Shown one piece after another: positions 35,306 through 45,775 of a stretch of 64,000 nt of DNA. This DNA comes from an uncultured Candidatus Saccharibacteria bacterium (GTDB lineage: Bacteria; Patescibacteriota; Saccharimonadia; Saccharimonadales; CAYUUR01). How positions within the stretch are numbered: position 1 is the first letter of the stretch; every line of letters starts with the position of its first letter. A program made the position numbers and the translations under genes. The stretch covers positions 13,001 through 77,000 of the forward strand of contig CAZEBF010000001.1 of assembly GCA_964510235.1 (NCBI GenBank), given 5' to 3'. The notes below the pieces were generated by a model. The model did not search any database. It was given only the letters and a program-made list of their open reading frames with translations, and was not told where the DNA came from.

Positions 35306-37102
35306 CTATGTATTGTTATCTGAGGCCGCTACGCGGTCAACTTCTGCTAAGCTGGTTTCTCCATCGAGTACTTTGAGATAGCCATCTTCACGCATTGTAA
35401 CCATTCCTTCTGATTGGGCGACCTTTTGAATCTCGGAACTCGGTGCGCGATTGAGGATAAGCTGCTGGATTGCCGGCGATACCTCGAATACTTCGTAGAG
35501 CCCCATTCGTCCCTTATAACCGCCAGGGCTACCGGGACCTTCTTTGCCCTTAGTCAAAGTATAAGCGCTTTGACCCCTCAGAGGCAAGGTCTTATAGCCG
35601 AAATCTTTGGCATACTTGTCCATCTCTTCTTTCTTTTCGGGCAAGAATTTGCCAATTGTAGCATGAATGGCCTCTGTTTCTGGGCCTGTCGACTGATACT
35701 CTTCTTGCTCGGCACCAATTCGACGCACCAAGCGCTGTCCAATCACCGTATGAACGGTGCTGGCGATCAAAAACGGTTCAATACCCATGTCTAATAAACG
35801 TGGCAAGATACCCGCCGCCGAGTTGGTGTGCAGCGTACTGAAGACTAAGTGCCCTGTCAGAGCGGCCTGAACGGCCAATGTCGCCGTCTCTTTATCACGA
35901 ATCTCACCAACCATGATCACGTCAGGATCTTGACGCAAAATTGAGCGCAAACCGCCTGCAAAAGTTAAACCGACGTCAGCATTCACCTGTATTTGGTTAA
36001 TTCCAGGCATCTTATACTCAACTGGGTCTTCCAGCGTGACGATATTGATTGAGTCATTCATAATCTCTTGAATCAAGGCATACATAGATGTCGACTTACC
36101 AGAACCGGTTGGTCCAGAGGTCAGAATCATGCCGTTTGGCCGAGCGGCACCTTTTCTAAGCATACGGAGCGCCCTACCTTTGTAACCCATATCCTCAAGC
36201 TTGAGGCTCGTCCCCGTCTTGTCTAGCAAACGAATAACCACCTGCTCACCCCAAACCACTGGCGATATGGCAATACGTAGGTCAATCTGGTGCTTGTTGA
36301 CCGTCATAGTGAACTGACCATCTTGCGGAATACGGTGTTCATCGATCTTGAGGTTTGCCAAGATTTTGATGCGCGACACAAGTGGCGGTTCAGTGCTTTT
36401 GGGCAATTTCATAATCTCACGCAAAATACCGTCCACTCGACAGCGAATCTTCAGTTCTTTCTCGAGTGGCTCGATATGAATATCACTGGCGCGGTTAGTG
36501 GCAGCATAGTCCAAAATTGCCGTTAGTGCCTTACTAATTGGCGAGTCTTGGACGACTGTTTCGATATTCTGGGCGTCTTTTTTATTCGACTTCTTATCGG
36601 TCTCTTCATCTTCTTCAAGGTGTGTTCCGAGTGCGCCAGCCACCTCTTTATCAATGTTTGAGTTGTCGTATTGGCCTAATACTTGGCGAATACCCTCTTC
36701 ACTGGCTGTGTACACCTTGAGCGGGCGACCAACTTTGTTAGACAAAAAGTCAACAGCCTGCACGTTATCGGCGTCCAGCATGGCGACGACCAGACGATGC
36801 TGCATCTCGCCGAGTGGCACTGCCATGTATTGTTCGGCTGTTTCTTTTGGCAGCAAACTCAGTATCTCAGGATCAATTCGGGCTGTAGCCAGATTCACAT
36901 AAGGCACGTTATTTATCTTGGCGACCATTTTGGTCAGATCTTCATTGCTAATCAGCCCATCGCTAACAAGCTTAGAGAACAATGGTGTTTGCTCTTGTTC
37001 GGCCTTAGTCTTGATATCTGCAAAATCCTTAGCCGAGACGGTACCATCCTTAACTAAGGCTTCTTCGACAAGCTTCTGTGTGGCGGCGGAGAGGACACTC
37101 AC
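35306..37102 (-). CDS. pilB: Type IV pilus extension ATPase (GspE family)
   Basis: ASDIHIEP, GPTGSGKST, LRQDPD, GEIRD and TGHLVFSTLH motifs. Confidence 0.95.
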   Translation of the reverse strand: MSVLSAATQKLVEEALVKDGTVSAKDFADIKTKAEQEQTPLFSKLVSDGLISNEDLTKMVAKINNVPYVNLATARIDPEILSLLPKETAEQYMAVPLGEMQHRLVVAMLDADNVQAVDFLSNKVGRPLKVYTASEEGIRQVLGQYDNSNIDKEVAGALGTHLEEDEETDKKSNKKDAQNIETVVQDSPISKALTAILDYAATNRASDIHIEPLEKELKIRCRVDGILREIMKLPKSTEPPLVSRIKILANLKIDEHRIPQDGQFTMTVNKHQIDLRIAISPVVWGEQVVIRLLDKTGTSLKLEDMGYKGRALRMLRKGAARPNGMILTSGPTGSGKSTSMYALIQEIMNDSINIVTLEDPVEYKMPGINQIQVNADVGLTFAGGLRSILRQDPDVIMVGEIRDKETATLAVQAALTGHLVFSTLHTNSAAGILPRLLDMGIEPFLIASTVHTVIGQRLVRRIGAEQEEYQSTGPETEAIHATIGKFLPEKKEEMDKYAKDFGYKTLPLRGQSAYTLTKGKEGPGSPGGYKGRMGLYEVFEVSPAIQQLILNRAPSSEIQKVAQSEGMVTMREDGYLKVLDGETSLAEVDRVAASDNNT

Positions 37103-37113
37103 CGTCTTACCCC

Positions 37114-37362
37114 CTAGTTATCTGTCTCAAATGGTGTCGCGTTACCATTGCCACCAATTTCGATGGTCTGCGTTGGGTTAACGGACTTCTCGTTAAAGAA
37201 GCGTGTATCAGGCTGCACAAAGTCAGAGACAATCGGCTCTACTACTTCTACTTGAGCTATTCGCTCACTCGAAGGCACTAGCAAGTAACGCGATGCAAAG
37301 AATGACATAAAGCCACTGACGAATACAATTACCAAGATTAATGCTAAATCTTTCTGTTTCAT
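37114..37362 (-). CDS. Small single-TM pilus protein (PilP position)
   Basis: 82 aa located between pilO-like and pilB; NPT and TPF motifs. Confidence 0.55.
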   Translation of the reverse strand: MKQKDLALILVIVFVSGFMSFFASRYLLVPSSERIAQVEVVEPIVSDFVQPDTRFFNEKSVNPTQTIEIGGNGNATPFETDN

Positions 37363-37363
37363 G

Positions 37364-38044
37364 CTATTTCACCTCCTTAGTGGTGATATTGAGCGTTTTT
37401 TCTGGGAGATAGTAGGTCTTGGCCTCGATCTGCACCTGTAGTTTGGCGTCATCACCGCTGAATGTGATACGGCTAACTGGGAACGGACGAATTGATCGCT
37501 CCATTGATCCAATCAGCCCCTGAATACTCGTGTAAGTGCCAGAGGCACCAATCTGGAATGGAATTTCTACTGGATCCTTTTGACCCACGGCAGTAAGTTG
37601 GTTGACTTCATCATCGGTACCGCTAATGTTTTCGATGGTGTAATTGCCGCTCGTAAGTACTTTCTCCAGACTCGATGCGAGTGCTGGGAAGTCGTATTTG
37701 CTTGGCAAGGCGTCGAGCACAATCTTGGCGTTATCACCATCTCTGTCACCCTTGCCTGCCGGATCACCACCAATCACGTTCTCGGCCGTGCCCGTAAAAG
37801 CTTGGTAGGACGTAACGAGGGTGTCAACTGCTGCTACGTTGGCTTCGAGTTGGTTACGAGCGACCTCTTTTTCTGTGATAACACGCGCCTGGAAACTACG
37901 CTGATCCCACAAAGCCTTGGCCGCTACCAGTGAGAACATAGTTATGAACGAGGCTACCGCCACAACAACAACCATTGTCGTGTTGGCTTTGGTTATCTGG
38001 GTTCGCTTGCCTGAAGGCCGCGTTGATTGTTGTGCTTCTGCCAT
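37364..38044 (-). CDS. PilO-like alignment protein
   Basis: TM, coiled coil, ALPSKYDFP, terminal beta domain; synteny with pilM/pilN. Confidence 0.75.
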   Translation of the reverse strand: MAEAQQSTRPSGKRTQITKANTTMVVVVAVASFITMFSLVAAKALWDQRSFQARVITEKEVARNQLEANVAAVDTLVTSYQAFTGTAENVIGGDPAGKGDRDGDNAKIVLDALPSKYDFPALASSLEKVLTSGNYTIENISGTDDEVNQLTAVGQKDPVEIPFQIGASGTYTSIQGLIGSMERSIRPFPVSRITFSGDDAKLQVQIEAKTYYLPEKTLNITTKEVK

Positions 38045-38045
38045 G

Positions 38046-38711
38046 TTAGTTGCCTCCTTGTTCGAACAGCGCAGCTGGCTTTTCGGTCTGTGAACGAGTT
38101 GTAACAGTCTTTGGTACAATCAGCTCAACTTTTTGTGCATTGTTGAAGATTGTTGGATCAAACTTGCCAGATATCTGATAAGTTGTGCTTTTTTCGTCAC
38201 GTGAGAAACTCGTCAATACTACCTCTGGAAATGCCTTCTTAGCTTCGGCGCCTTCAACAGTATATGTTGTAAACTTGAGCGTATCGACAAATGTATTAAC
38301 GTCTTGAATGTCGGGAGCGCTACCTGTAAAAATAAGCGTGCCGTTTGCAACATCTAGGTCAAGCTGCGAGATGCTAACGTTGTTCGGAACAACCTGCTTA
38401 AGATAACCAAATAATCGAGTCGTTTCAGCTTTTTGGCCATGCAAACCAGGCAGTGCGTTAAGCTGATTCTGAATTGTTAGAACTTTATTGAGATCAGGTG
38501 TGCTCTGTAACGTTTGGCTGTTTGCGGCGATATCTTCAGTCAAGTTACTAATGTGCTGCTTCTGTAGTATGTTGACGACTACAAATAGAATAATGAGCAG
38601 ACCTAGGCTGATAGTCGCTACACCACTAGCAATCAATGTAACCATACGCTTAGTACGCTTAGTCTTGATGTAATCAAGCTTGATGTCTGGGAGCAGGTTG
38701 AGTTGAATCAT
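38046..38711 (-). CDS. pilN: PilN-like alignment protein
   Basis: N-terminal LNLLP PilM-binding motif followed by a TM. Confidence 0.85.
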   Translation of the reverse strand: MIQLNLLPDIKLDYIKTKRTKRMVTLIASGVATISLGLLIILFVVVNILQKQHISNLTEDIAANSQTLQSTPDLNKVLTIQNQLNALPGLHGQKAETTRLFGYLKQVVPNNVSISQLDLDVANGTLIFTGSAPDIQDVNTFVDTLKFTTYTVEGAEAKKAFPEVVLTSFSRDEKSTTYQISGKFDPTIFNNAQKVELIVPKTVTTRSQTEKPAALFEQGGN

Positions 38712-39751
38712 TATTCGCTCCTCTCCGCCAAGCCTACTGCTACGCCAAAGCTATTAGATACAGCCAGTAATTCATTCTGTTGAGACTGAGCAAATGATAC
38801 GTTCCGCCAAGAGTTACCAATTTCTACACTCAAACCAAACTTGTTAGCAATGTGCAGCGGGAACTCTGGCAGTGATGAAGCGCCACCAGTAACGACAACG
38901 CGCTCGAGCTTGGCATCAACATATCGGGTCTGGAAGAACTTAATAGATTTTTCTATCTCAGCAGTGAGGATTTCTACCGTTCCGATGATAGCGTTATAAA
39001 TCTGCCCCTCAAGTTTGTCTTTACTGAGACCAAACTTAAACACAAACTGCTGAGCTTGCTTCTCGTCGATACTGAGATTTTGCATTGCTGCACGGATGAT
39101 TGCTTCTGAGCCAGTTGGGATTGAACGAGTCAAACGTGGCGCTCCGCCAGTGGTAATAACAAGGTCGGTGTTCTTAGAACCGATGTCGAGCACCATCTGA
39201 GCACCAGCAGAATCAGGTGCAGTTAGTGCGCGAGTTATTGCCAAGTTATCTGGTTCAAATGCAATGACATTGAGGCCAATTGACTCAAGCATGTCGAGTC
39301 GGTTTTCGATAAAGTCGTTTGGTACGCTAGAAAGCAGAATCTCGACCTTTGTCTTATCCTTCGGTGAATCACCCAGTAGCGCCCAGTCAATCTTAGAATC
39401 AGACAGTGGCGTCGGAATAAGTGAATCGGCCTGGAAACGAATGGTTTTAGCTAACTCATCGGGGCTGAGACGATCAATGTCTACAACTGTTGTGAACACT
39501 TTGGCTGATGGAATACCAACGGCAACGTTTTTGGTCGAAACTCGGGCTTCGCCAATCAACTCTTTGACAACCTGGACTAACTTTTGCTGATCAACCTTAG
39601 AATCACTCATGGCAATCTTGCTATCAACGGGTACGTAGGCGTATTTGACCAGTGTCTTGACTGGACCGCTACCGCTCAACTGCACTAAACGAATAGCAGA
39701 GGTGCCGATATCGAGGCCAAAGAAGTCAGACACGCCCGAAATAATACTCAC
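38711..39751 (-). CDS. pilM: Type IV pilus assembly protein PilM
   Basis: Actin-like fold motifs GLDIGTS, LDIG, VTGG and AVGLA; GTG start after SD AAGGGG. Confidence 0.93.
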   Translation of the reverse strand: MSIISGVSDFFGLDIGTSAIRLVQLSGSGPVKTLVKYAYVPVDSKIAMSDSKVDQQKLVQVVKELIGEARVSTKNVAVGIPSAKVFTTVVDIDRLSPDELAKTIRFQADSLIPTPLSDSKIDWALLGDSPKDKTKVEILLSSVPNDFIENRLDMLESIGLNVIAFEPDNLAITRALTAPDSAGAQMVLDIGSKNTDLVITTGGAPRLTRSIPTGSEAIIRAAMQNLSIDEKQAQQFVFKFGLSKDKLEGQIYNAIIGTVEILTAEIEKSIKFFQTRYVDAKLERVVVTGGASSLPEFPLHIANKFGLSVEIGNSWRNVSFAQSQQNELLAVSNSFGVAVGLAERSE

Positions 39752-39851
39752 GATTGTCCCCTTATTGCTGTCTGTGTTTGCTGTATATTCATGTGTTTCT
39801 CTGATTCCCGCTTGGCCCACCCTAAGGCAAAACGGAGATCGCTTACTCCAA

Positions 39852-39866
39852 ATTATAGCATAAGCG
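39852..39866 (-). promoter_or_regulatory. Extended -10 promoter of the pilM operon
   Basis: CGCTTATGCTATAAT, nearly identical to CGCTTATGCTATACT at 30917-30931. Confidence 0.6.
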
Positions 39867-39882
39867 CAATGGCGAGCAACCC

Positions 39883-42387
39883 CTAAAGTATCGGTGGCAG
39901 CGAGGTGATAAAGTCAATCTGCGACTTTTGTTGAGGTGTTCCGCCAATCGGTGGCATTATGGTGTAGAGCTTCATGTCAAAGATAAGGTCTTCAGCAGCA
40001 GTAGAAAAGATAGCAGAGCCATTCTCAACACTCGTTCTTCTAGTTCCAGCGGTTCGTTGCAGTTTAACCTGATCGGCAATTACTGCACCGTTAATAACCA
40101 ACTTACCGGTTCCATTAACGCCACTGCCGCCACAGTTATCATAGAGCTGCCCTGCGTTGAAAAGCGTACCGGTGGAACTCGTACAGGTAAACAGTGTCTT
40201 GGTTGTGATGAGTGCAGCGTAAACACGTGGCGTCGTATTGCTGATCTTAATATTACCAGAGGTAATGATATAGAGTGTTGCGTCGTCTTCCGCATCAATA
40301 ATGCCATTGATAACAACTTCAACGTTCTCGCCGGTAAGGAAAATAGCTGTTGGTTCAGTCACAGTACCACCCGTAATGGTAACCACTCCGCTGCGGTTAT
40401 TATGAATGACTCCACCTGTAAATGTGCTGGCTGAAACAGAGGCAGCTTGCGTTGCAGTCAGTCCGGTCGGCAGTCGCGCCAGCCAATCATCAGCACACTG
40501 CCTATTACCACTGACTCCGCCGTAGTCAACAACTTTGCGATTATCTACTGGGTCGGTACCATTAATTCCATTAATCTCTGCGTTGGCAAATGTCAGCCCA
40601 TGTGGTGGCGTTGGCTGAGCTCCACCCCTCGGGCTACGTCTACCCGCACTAAAGAAGTTACGGATCTCGCCAAGGGCCGATACACCATATTCACCCGATG
40701 AGCCAGTGAAGCGGTTCACAAGATCATCGCCACCGTAACCAATAATTGTAGCGTCAGCTTGCCTCACTGTGCAGGCAGTCTGTCCGTTATTAAATCCACC
40801 GCCTACATGTACATCATTAGTCCATACCTTGAAAAACGGCTTTGCCGCCACAACAACCGTTTTATCGCAATCATCGCGAACGGCTATGTTATCACGTAGC
40901 CGCAGTAAGGCGTCATAATTATACTCACCTGCGGCATTGGCGGTATAAGTCCCCATCGAATATGACCCCTCCACTTCCGTACCTCCCGTGTCGGCTATAT
41001 TGGTTGGGCCAACATTCACACGAGTATTGTCGATCCCTGAACTTGTGAATTGACCCCTGCCCTCTAGTGTTGTCGCATCACCACTATAGCCATAATTCAT
41101 CGTAACTCCAAACGACTGTCCTGGTTCTGGATTTCTTGGGTTGAACGTAATCTCGCAGCTAATCTGCGGGATCACATCCACCCCTCTTGGGTCCCACTCC
41201 ATTACTAGCCAAGCCTCGGCAAATGGTACTTTGTTCGGGTTGGGCGAACGACGCGCAATACTATCAACATCGTTACCAAACTGGGGGTCATTAATAAGCG
41301 GGTTACCGTTATAGGTTCCAGAACCATCCTGGTTCTTTATGCCAGCAACAATTAGGTCAAAGTCATCAATTGTGCCATCTGATCTGTAGGTGGCCCCTGG
41401 AATTGCACTTCCCAACGGACATGGCTCACTAACACAGCGCACGCCGGTTGACGTAGTGGAGGTCTCTGCATTCGAACCATTTAACTGACGTGCCCCCATT
41501 GCACCTAGGGCATATGCACCCCAGTTGGTGTCATAGTTACCGCCCGAAGGTCCTGAAGCCTGGCTGCCTGCCTTAAATCTAAAATCCCAATAACAACCTC
41601 CGTCATTGGCATTATCAAAGTTTCCCGGCCACTGAATGTTCGTGCTGCCCGTTAGATCGCCGATACTAATCCCTGCGCACCAGACATTTTGACCATTGAC
41701 CTTATATCCACCCGCGTCAGCAATAAACCCATAAGCACCACCGGCAGTTGACTGCTTAATGCCCGCTGCGCGCTTCACGTCAAGATCAAAGTCGTCCCAA
41801 TCACTCCCTGCTGACTGGCGTATTGAATCTGCCTGTCCTGAAGAGTAAGCCTCTTGAGCACTGGTCACACCAAGGTAGACATTAACGGGCCTCTGCTTGG
41901 TTGCTCCCGATACAGGATTTCTGAACAATTGGTTATCTAAGAATACTCTCTCGCCATTCCAAGCATTGTTATATGTCTCCTTGCAATTAGGCGTACTTGA
42001 ATCCGCGTAACCGCCCGCTTCAAAAACATGCGCACGACCGTCGGCGTTTCCAACTACCTTGAACCTATAAGCATACCGGGGCCTGCCGTTTGGTCCATCT
42101 GGCATACGATGCCGCTCTGTAACAATAATCTCACAATAAGGGTTCGAAGGATTTGCGTCACTTTGTGTCCCTGTATCACTTGGCACATCAGTCCAGTTTC
42201 GATACTGCTGATTAGGGTTCGTACCGATACTGCCGTTAAAATGAGCCAGGGCATCGAGGAATTCACTGCCCGCAACCTCAACATGAGCATTGGCTTTTTG
42301 AGGAAAGACCATTGCAAGTCCGCATAAAACAGAGGATGCCAATAAAAGCATGGTTAGATTTCTTAGGTATGATCTTGTCTGTCTCAT
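39883..42387 (-). CDS. Large secreted Cys-paired protein, candidate pilus adhesin
   Basis: Signal peptide ending ANA; variable-looking N-terminal region; C-terminal KLVINGAVIA...AAE...SLPPIL; lies directly upstream of pilM. Confidence 0.55.
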   Translation of the reverse strand: MRQTRSYLRNLTMLLLASSVLCGLAMVFPQKANAHVEVAGSEFLDALAHFNGSIGTNPNQQYRNWTDVPSDTGTQSDANPSNPYCEIIVTERHRMPDGPNGRPRYAYRFKVVGNADGRAHVFEAGGYADSSTPNCKETYNNAWNGERVFLDNQLFRNPVSGATKQRPVNVYLGVTSAQEAYSSGQADSIRQSAGSDWDDFDLDVKRAAGIKQSTAGGAYGFIADAGGYKVNGQNVWCAGISIGDLTGSTNIQWPGNFDNANDGGCYWDFRFKAGSQASGPSGGNYDTNWGAYALGAMGARQLNGSNAETSTTSTGVRCVSEPCPLGSAIPGATYRSDGTIDDFDLIVAGIKNQDGSGTYNGNPLINDPQFGNDVDSIARRSPNPNKVPFAEAWLVMEWDPRGVDVIPQISCEITFNPRNPEPGQSFGVTMNYGYSGDATTLEGRGQFTSSGIDNTRVNVGPTNIADTGGTEVEGSYSMGTYTANAAGEYNYDALLRLRDNIAVRDDCDKTVVVAAKPFFKVWTNDVHVGGGFNNGQTACTVRQADATIIGYGGDDLVNRFTGSSGEYGVSALGEIRNFFSAGRRSPRGGAQPTPPHGLTFANAEINGINGTDPVDNRKVVDYGGVSGNRQCADDWLARLPTGLTATQAASVSASTFTGGVIHNNRSGVVTITGGTVTEPTAIFLTGENVEVVINGIIDAEDDATLYIITSGNIKISNTTPRVYAALITTKTLFTCTSSTGTLFNAGQLYDNCGGSGVNGTGKLVINGAVIADQVKLQRTAGTRRTSVENGSAIFSTAAEDLIFDMKLYTIMPPIGGTPQQKSQIDFITSLPPIL

Positions 42388-42391
42388 GACA

Positions 42392-42868
42392 CTAAAGGTT
42401 TAGACCGCCTGTCCTCAGCTGCACCTTTTGCGCTGATGAAATCTCGGATGAACGCGTCTTTAGTACGTCACCAATGAGCGATTTTGCCTTGGTTGCGCCC
42501 AAATCACCTGCTTTGATATACAGCACTACGACATCATTTATATCGCCTTTTGTTAGCTCTTCTTTCGTTAGGCTGAAGAGAAAATCACGGTCTATTGCAA
42601 CGTTACTGTCTTTGTCGGTTGTGTATTGTAAGGTTTTCCCGAGATAAGTCGCTGTTGTTGGCTCCACACTAGCGACACTAGGGCCTACTGAGTTAATTAT
42701 TGCCTGATTAATCTCTCTATTCTTAAGCCATATGCCTGTCATTGTACCTGCTGTAAACACCAAACAAATAAAGCATAGAATCAGTAAAGAATATATGACC
42801 AATCTCTTTCTGCTTGACGATACCCCAGTGACAACATGTGCTTTTCTATTGTCGGCTTTTGTTTGCAT
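42392..42868 (-). CDS. Single-TM hypothetical protein
   Basis: ORF with one TM and SD GAGGGG; ends 4 nt before the 834-aa gene. Confidence 0.6.
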   Translation of the reverse strand: MQTKADNRKAHVVTGVSSSRKRLVIYSLLILCFICLVFTAGTMTGIWLKNREINQAIINSVGPSVASVEPTTATYLGKTLQYTTDKDSNVAIDRDFLFSLTKEELTKGDINDVVVLYIKAGDLGATKAKSLIGDVLKTRSSEISSAQKVQLRTGGLNL

Positions 42869-42947
42869 ACACAACCCCTCTTAAGTGCTAACGCTTATAT
42901 GTAGAGCATTATAGCAGCCTTGGACTCCAGACAAAACACTACAATTA

Positions 42948-43826
42948 CTAGAGCACTGCAACCGGCTCACGTAAGCCAAAGACATGGGATGTAATTGCGT
43001 TCTTGGTTACCTGCACCCCTACGCACTTGCCATACTCATCATTAGCAGCCGACAGATTGGCAACAGAAGTATCTGGCGCAGATAACCAACCCGTGATAGT
43101 TCTACCAAATGTCTGATCATAGCCCGCCAACACTGGCTGGCAGATAAAGTAACCACCTGTTAATAGCGTGAAGCGAAGCGATTTATTGTAGTACTGACCT
43201 GTTGTGACGCCACTATCAACGATCGCCCAGTTAGCATCGTAAATGCGCATAGCAATACCTGCTCGGTGTGGTTCACCGTTAGCAAAATCCGCAAACTGGT
43301 TATCATTTATCTCTTTTACAGCGTGTACCCGAACCTCGCCGTACTCTGGATCTGGAACTACTACAGGATTATTGCTCGTACCTTTTGTTGGTGTTGCAAA
43401 AACCGTGAACGCACCAATGCCATCGGTCAAACGACCAGCTGATTGACCTTGCCCAGGAGCGGCAACACCAGTTGGATAGATAATTGCATCTTCTAATCCT
43501 GTTGGACTATATAGCTCAATAGTGTCACCTGTGTTACCTAAACGTGAACTGACTGGCACGACCAACCAGCCGCCCGCTGGAATCTCATCGGTTGCAGCAA
43601 ACGTCTTTAGATTACTGACAGCCGTGTCACGTAAGTACCAGCCGTTCAACGACACTGCAGTATCACTACCGTTATATAACTCTATCCAATCAATGTCGCC
43701 ACTGACAGGATGCGACACAAACTCATTAATTGACACGCTACTCGCCGCCACTGCCCCGTCGGCTCGAACCCCTAAAATCGCCACTAAACTCACTAGCACG
43801 AATAGTACTTTTGCACCCGTTTTCAT
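42948..43826 (-). CDS. Secreted lamin-tail-domain protein
   Basis: VSINEF...DWIELYN...LNGWYLRD...LGNTGD...TPTKG. Confidence 0.8.
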   Translation of the reverse strand: MKTGAKVLFVLVSLVAILGVRADGAVAASSVSINEFVSHPVSGDIDWIELYNGSDTAVSLNGWYLRDTAVSNLKTFAATDEIPAGGWLVVPVSSRLGNTGDTIELYSPTGLEDAIIYPTGVAAPGQGQSAGRLTDGIGAFTVFATPTKGTSNNPVVVPDPEYGEVRVHAVKEINDNQFADFANGEPHRAGIAMRIYDANWAIVDSGVTTGQYYNKSLRFTLLTGGYFICQPVLAGYDQTFGRTITGWLSAPDTSVANLSAANDEYGKCVGVQVTKNAITSHVFGLREPVAVL

Positions 43827-43918
43827 AGTTTTACACCCTGCACCCTTTCATAGATTTAACTTTATGCCGCCAACTTTAGCATAAACATTTTGCTCAATGC
43901 AAGACTTTTTTTGGGGGC

Positions 43919-44341
43919 CTACTTTGTCTCTGGATAGCCGGGGTTTTTGGCAGCTAGTTTGATAACTTTTTGTAGCGTCGCCAAGTTTACATCCTCCAGT
44001 TTTTTGAACCGAATGCAGCTTTTACCAACGCTTACCTTACCGAGGTCATCTTTGTACTTCTCGGCAATATACTCATTATCTTCCACGGCACAGACATACA
44101 AACTAACGTAGTTTTTCTGGCTGGCAATAGCAATCGTTGGCCAATCAATCACCTCTTTCTTGTAGTTTGTATACTGGAATGTGCCGTACCCAGGCATGTT
44201 GTAGGAAAAGGTCGGCTTAAGATCTGGTGCATTGGCCCGAATCAGCCGATCGAGCTCTTCAAGAATCACCCGCCGTTCCCCTGTTAACTGCGCCATGTAT
44301 TCTTCAGTGTTTTGCGCCTTAACTGGTTTGAACATATTCAT
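43919..44341 (-). CDS. DUF1801 (YdhG-like) protein
   Basis: IASQKNYVSLY and GKSCIRFKK motifs. Confidence 0.85.
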   Translation of the reverse strand: MNMFKPVKAQNTEEYMAQLTGERRVILEELDRLIRANAPDLKPTFSYNMPGYGTFQYTNYKKEVIDWPTIAIASQKNYVSLYVCAVEDNEYIAEKYKDDLGKVSVGKSCIRFKKLEDVNLATLQKVIKLAAKNPGYPETK

Positions 44342-44406
44342 GTCATTAATTATAACTTACTGATACCAGTACCGCTTAGCACAAGAGTTATGTACAATGG
44401 TTGTTA

Positions 44407-45741
44407 ATGAAGCAATCACAACAACGTGCGCGCAAACTTTACTGGCTGTTTGCAATCCTAGCCGTCATCACCATCGCCATCGTCTCGACCGCCTATGCGG
44501 CTATGCAAACTGCCCGTGATACACAAGCATCACTGATGCAACGCACTAACACTATTGCCGCGCTCATCCCTGCCAGCAGTTTAACAGAACTAAACGGTCA
44601 CGAAGGAGACATCGGTAGCCCCGCCTATGAAGCCCTCAAGCAGGACCTCAAAGACGTTCGGTCATCCAACCAAGACATCCGCTTTGTATACATCATGGCG
44701 CTCAAACAAGAACAAGCCTACTTTGTGATTGATGCCGAGGAACAAGACTCTGCAGACTATTCGCCACCCGGACAGTTGTATGAAGAAGATGCTGGTGAGG
44801 TCGCAGCGGTTTTCCAATCAAAGCAGGGCATTGTATTGCCGGTTACCAGTGACCGTTGGGGTTCTTGGCTCAGCGCATATAGTCCAATCTTGAATGAATC
44901 AGGCCAAGTGGTTGGCGTGCTTGGCCTTGATGTGCCTGCCAACGATTACTATCGGGCAATCGTCATGAATGCGCTCATTCCGTTCCTGCTTTCAGCAGTT
45001 ATTCTAGTACTGCTTCTCTGGACTAAACGCCGTAGTGAATACCAAGAAAACTACGTCAGTGAAAAAGCTTTCTTCTTATCGTTTGCCGGTCACGAAATCC
45101 GCTCGCCGCTCACCAGCGTTAAGTGGGCCCTGCAACCACTACTAACTACTCTGCCAGAGCACTCTACCGAGCAAAAAACTGTCGAGAAGATTGATGAGAG
45201 CCTGAGCCACATCCTCGATACTGTCGATGATGTGCTGTCACTGCAAGCCACCGAAAGCTCGCGTGACAAAAAGCTCGAAAAAGAAAACGTCCACATCAGC
45301 GAAGTTATCGATACAACCATCGACAGCCTACGCCTGTTCTCGGAAGAGCATCAAACAAAAATTACCAATGTAACCACGACGGAAGACCAAGAAATGATTG
45401 TTAGCGTTGATGCGATGCTCTTCAAGCGCGTGGTGTCTAACTTCTTGGTTAACTCTGTTAAGTACTCGCCGGACCACACAACTGTTGAGGTTAAAGTCTT
45501 CAGGACGCGCAAAGGCTGGGCGGCCAGCATTCACAACGAAGGTGACGGCTTAACACCAGATGAACAAGCCAAGATCATGAAAGGTTTTTACCGGACCAAA
45601 GCTGCCGAGAAATCTGGCCAAAAAGGAACTGGCCTCGGCGTACGCCTCTCTAGCGACATCATCAACCGCCACGGCGGCCACCTAGAAATCGACTCTAAGC
45701 CCAACCAAGGCGTCACCTTCATCATCCACATGCCCAACTAG
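44407..45741 (+). CDS. Sensor histidine kinase
   Basis: Two TM segments with a Cache-like sensor; H-box HEIRSPL, N-box NSVKYS, G2 GTGLG. Confidence 0.92.
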   Translation: MKQSQQRARKLYWLFAILAVITIAIVSTAYAAMQTARDTQASLMQRTNTIAALIPASSLTELNGHEGDIGSPAYEALKQDLKDVRSSNQDIRFVYIMALKQEQAYFVIDAEEQDSADYSPPGQLYEEDAGEVAAVFQSKQGIVLPVTSDRWGSWLSAYSPILNESGQVVGVLGLDVPANDYYRAIVMNALIPFLLSAVILVLLLWTKRRSEYQENYVSEKAFFLSFAGHEIRSPLTSVKWALQPLLTTLPEHSTEQKTVEKIDESLSHILDTVDDVLSLQATESSRDKKLEKENVHISEVIDTTIDSLRLFSEEHQTKITNVTTTEDQEMIVSVDAMLFKRVVSNFLVNSVKYSPDHTTVEVKVFRTRKGWAASIHNEGDGLTPDEQAKIMKGFYRTKAAEKSGQKGTGLGVRLSSDIINRHGGHLEIDSKPNQGVTFIIHMPN

Positions 45742-45775
45742 TATTCATCGCTCACCTCTGTTATAATGGGCAACT

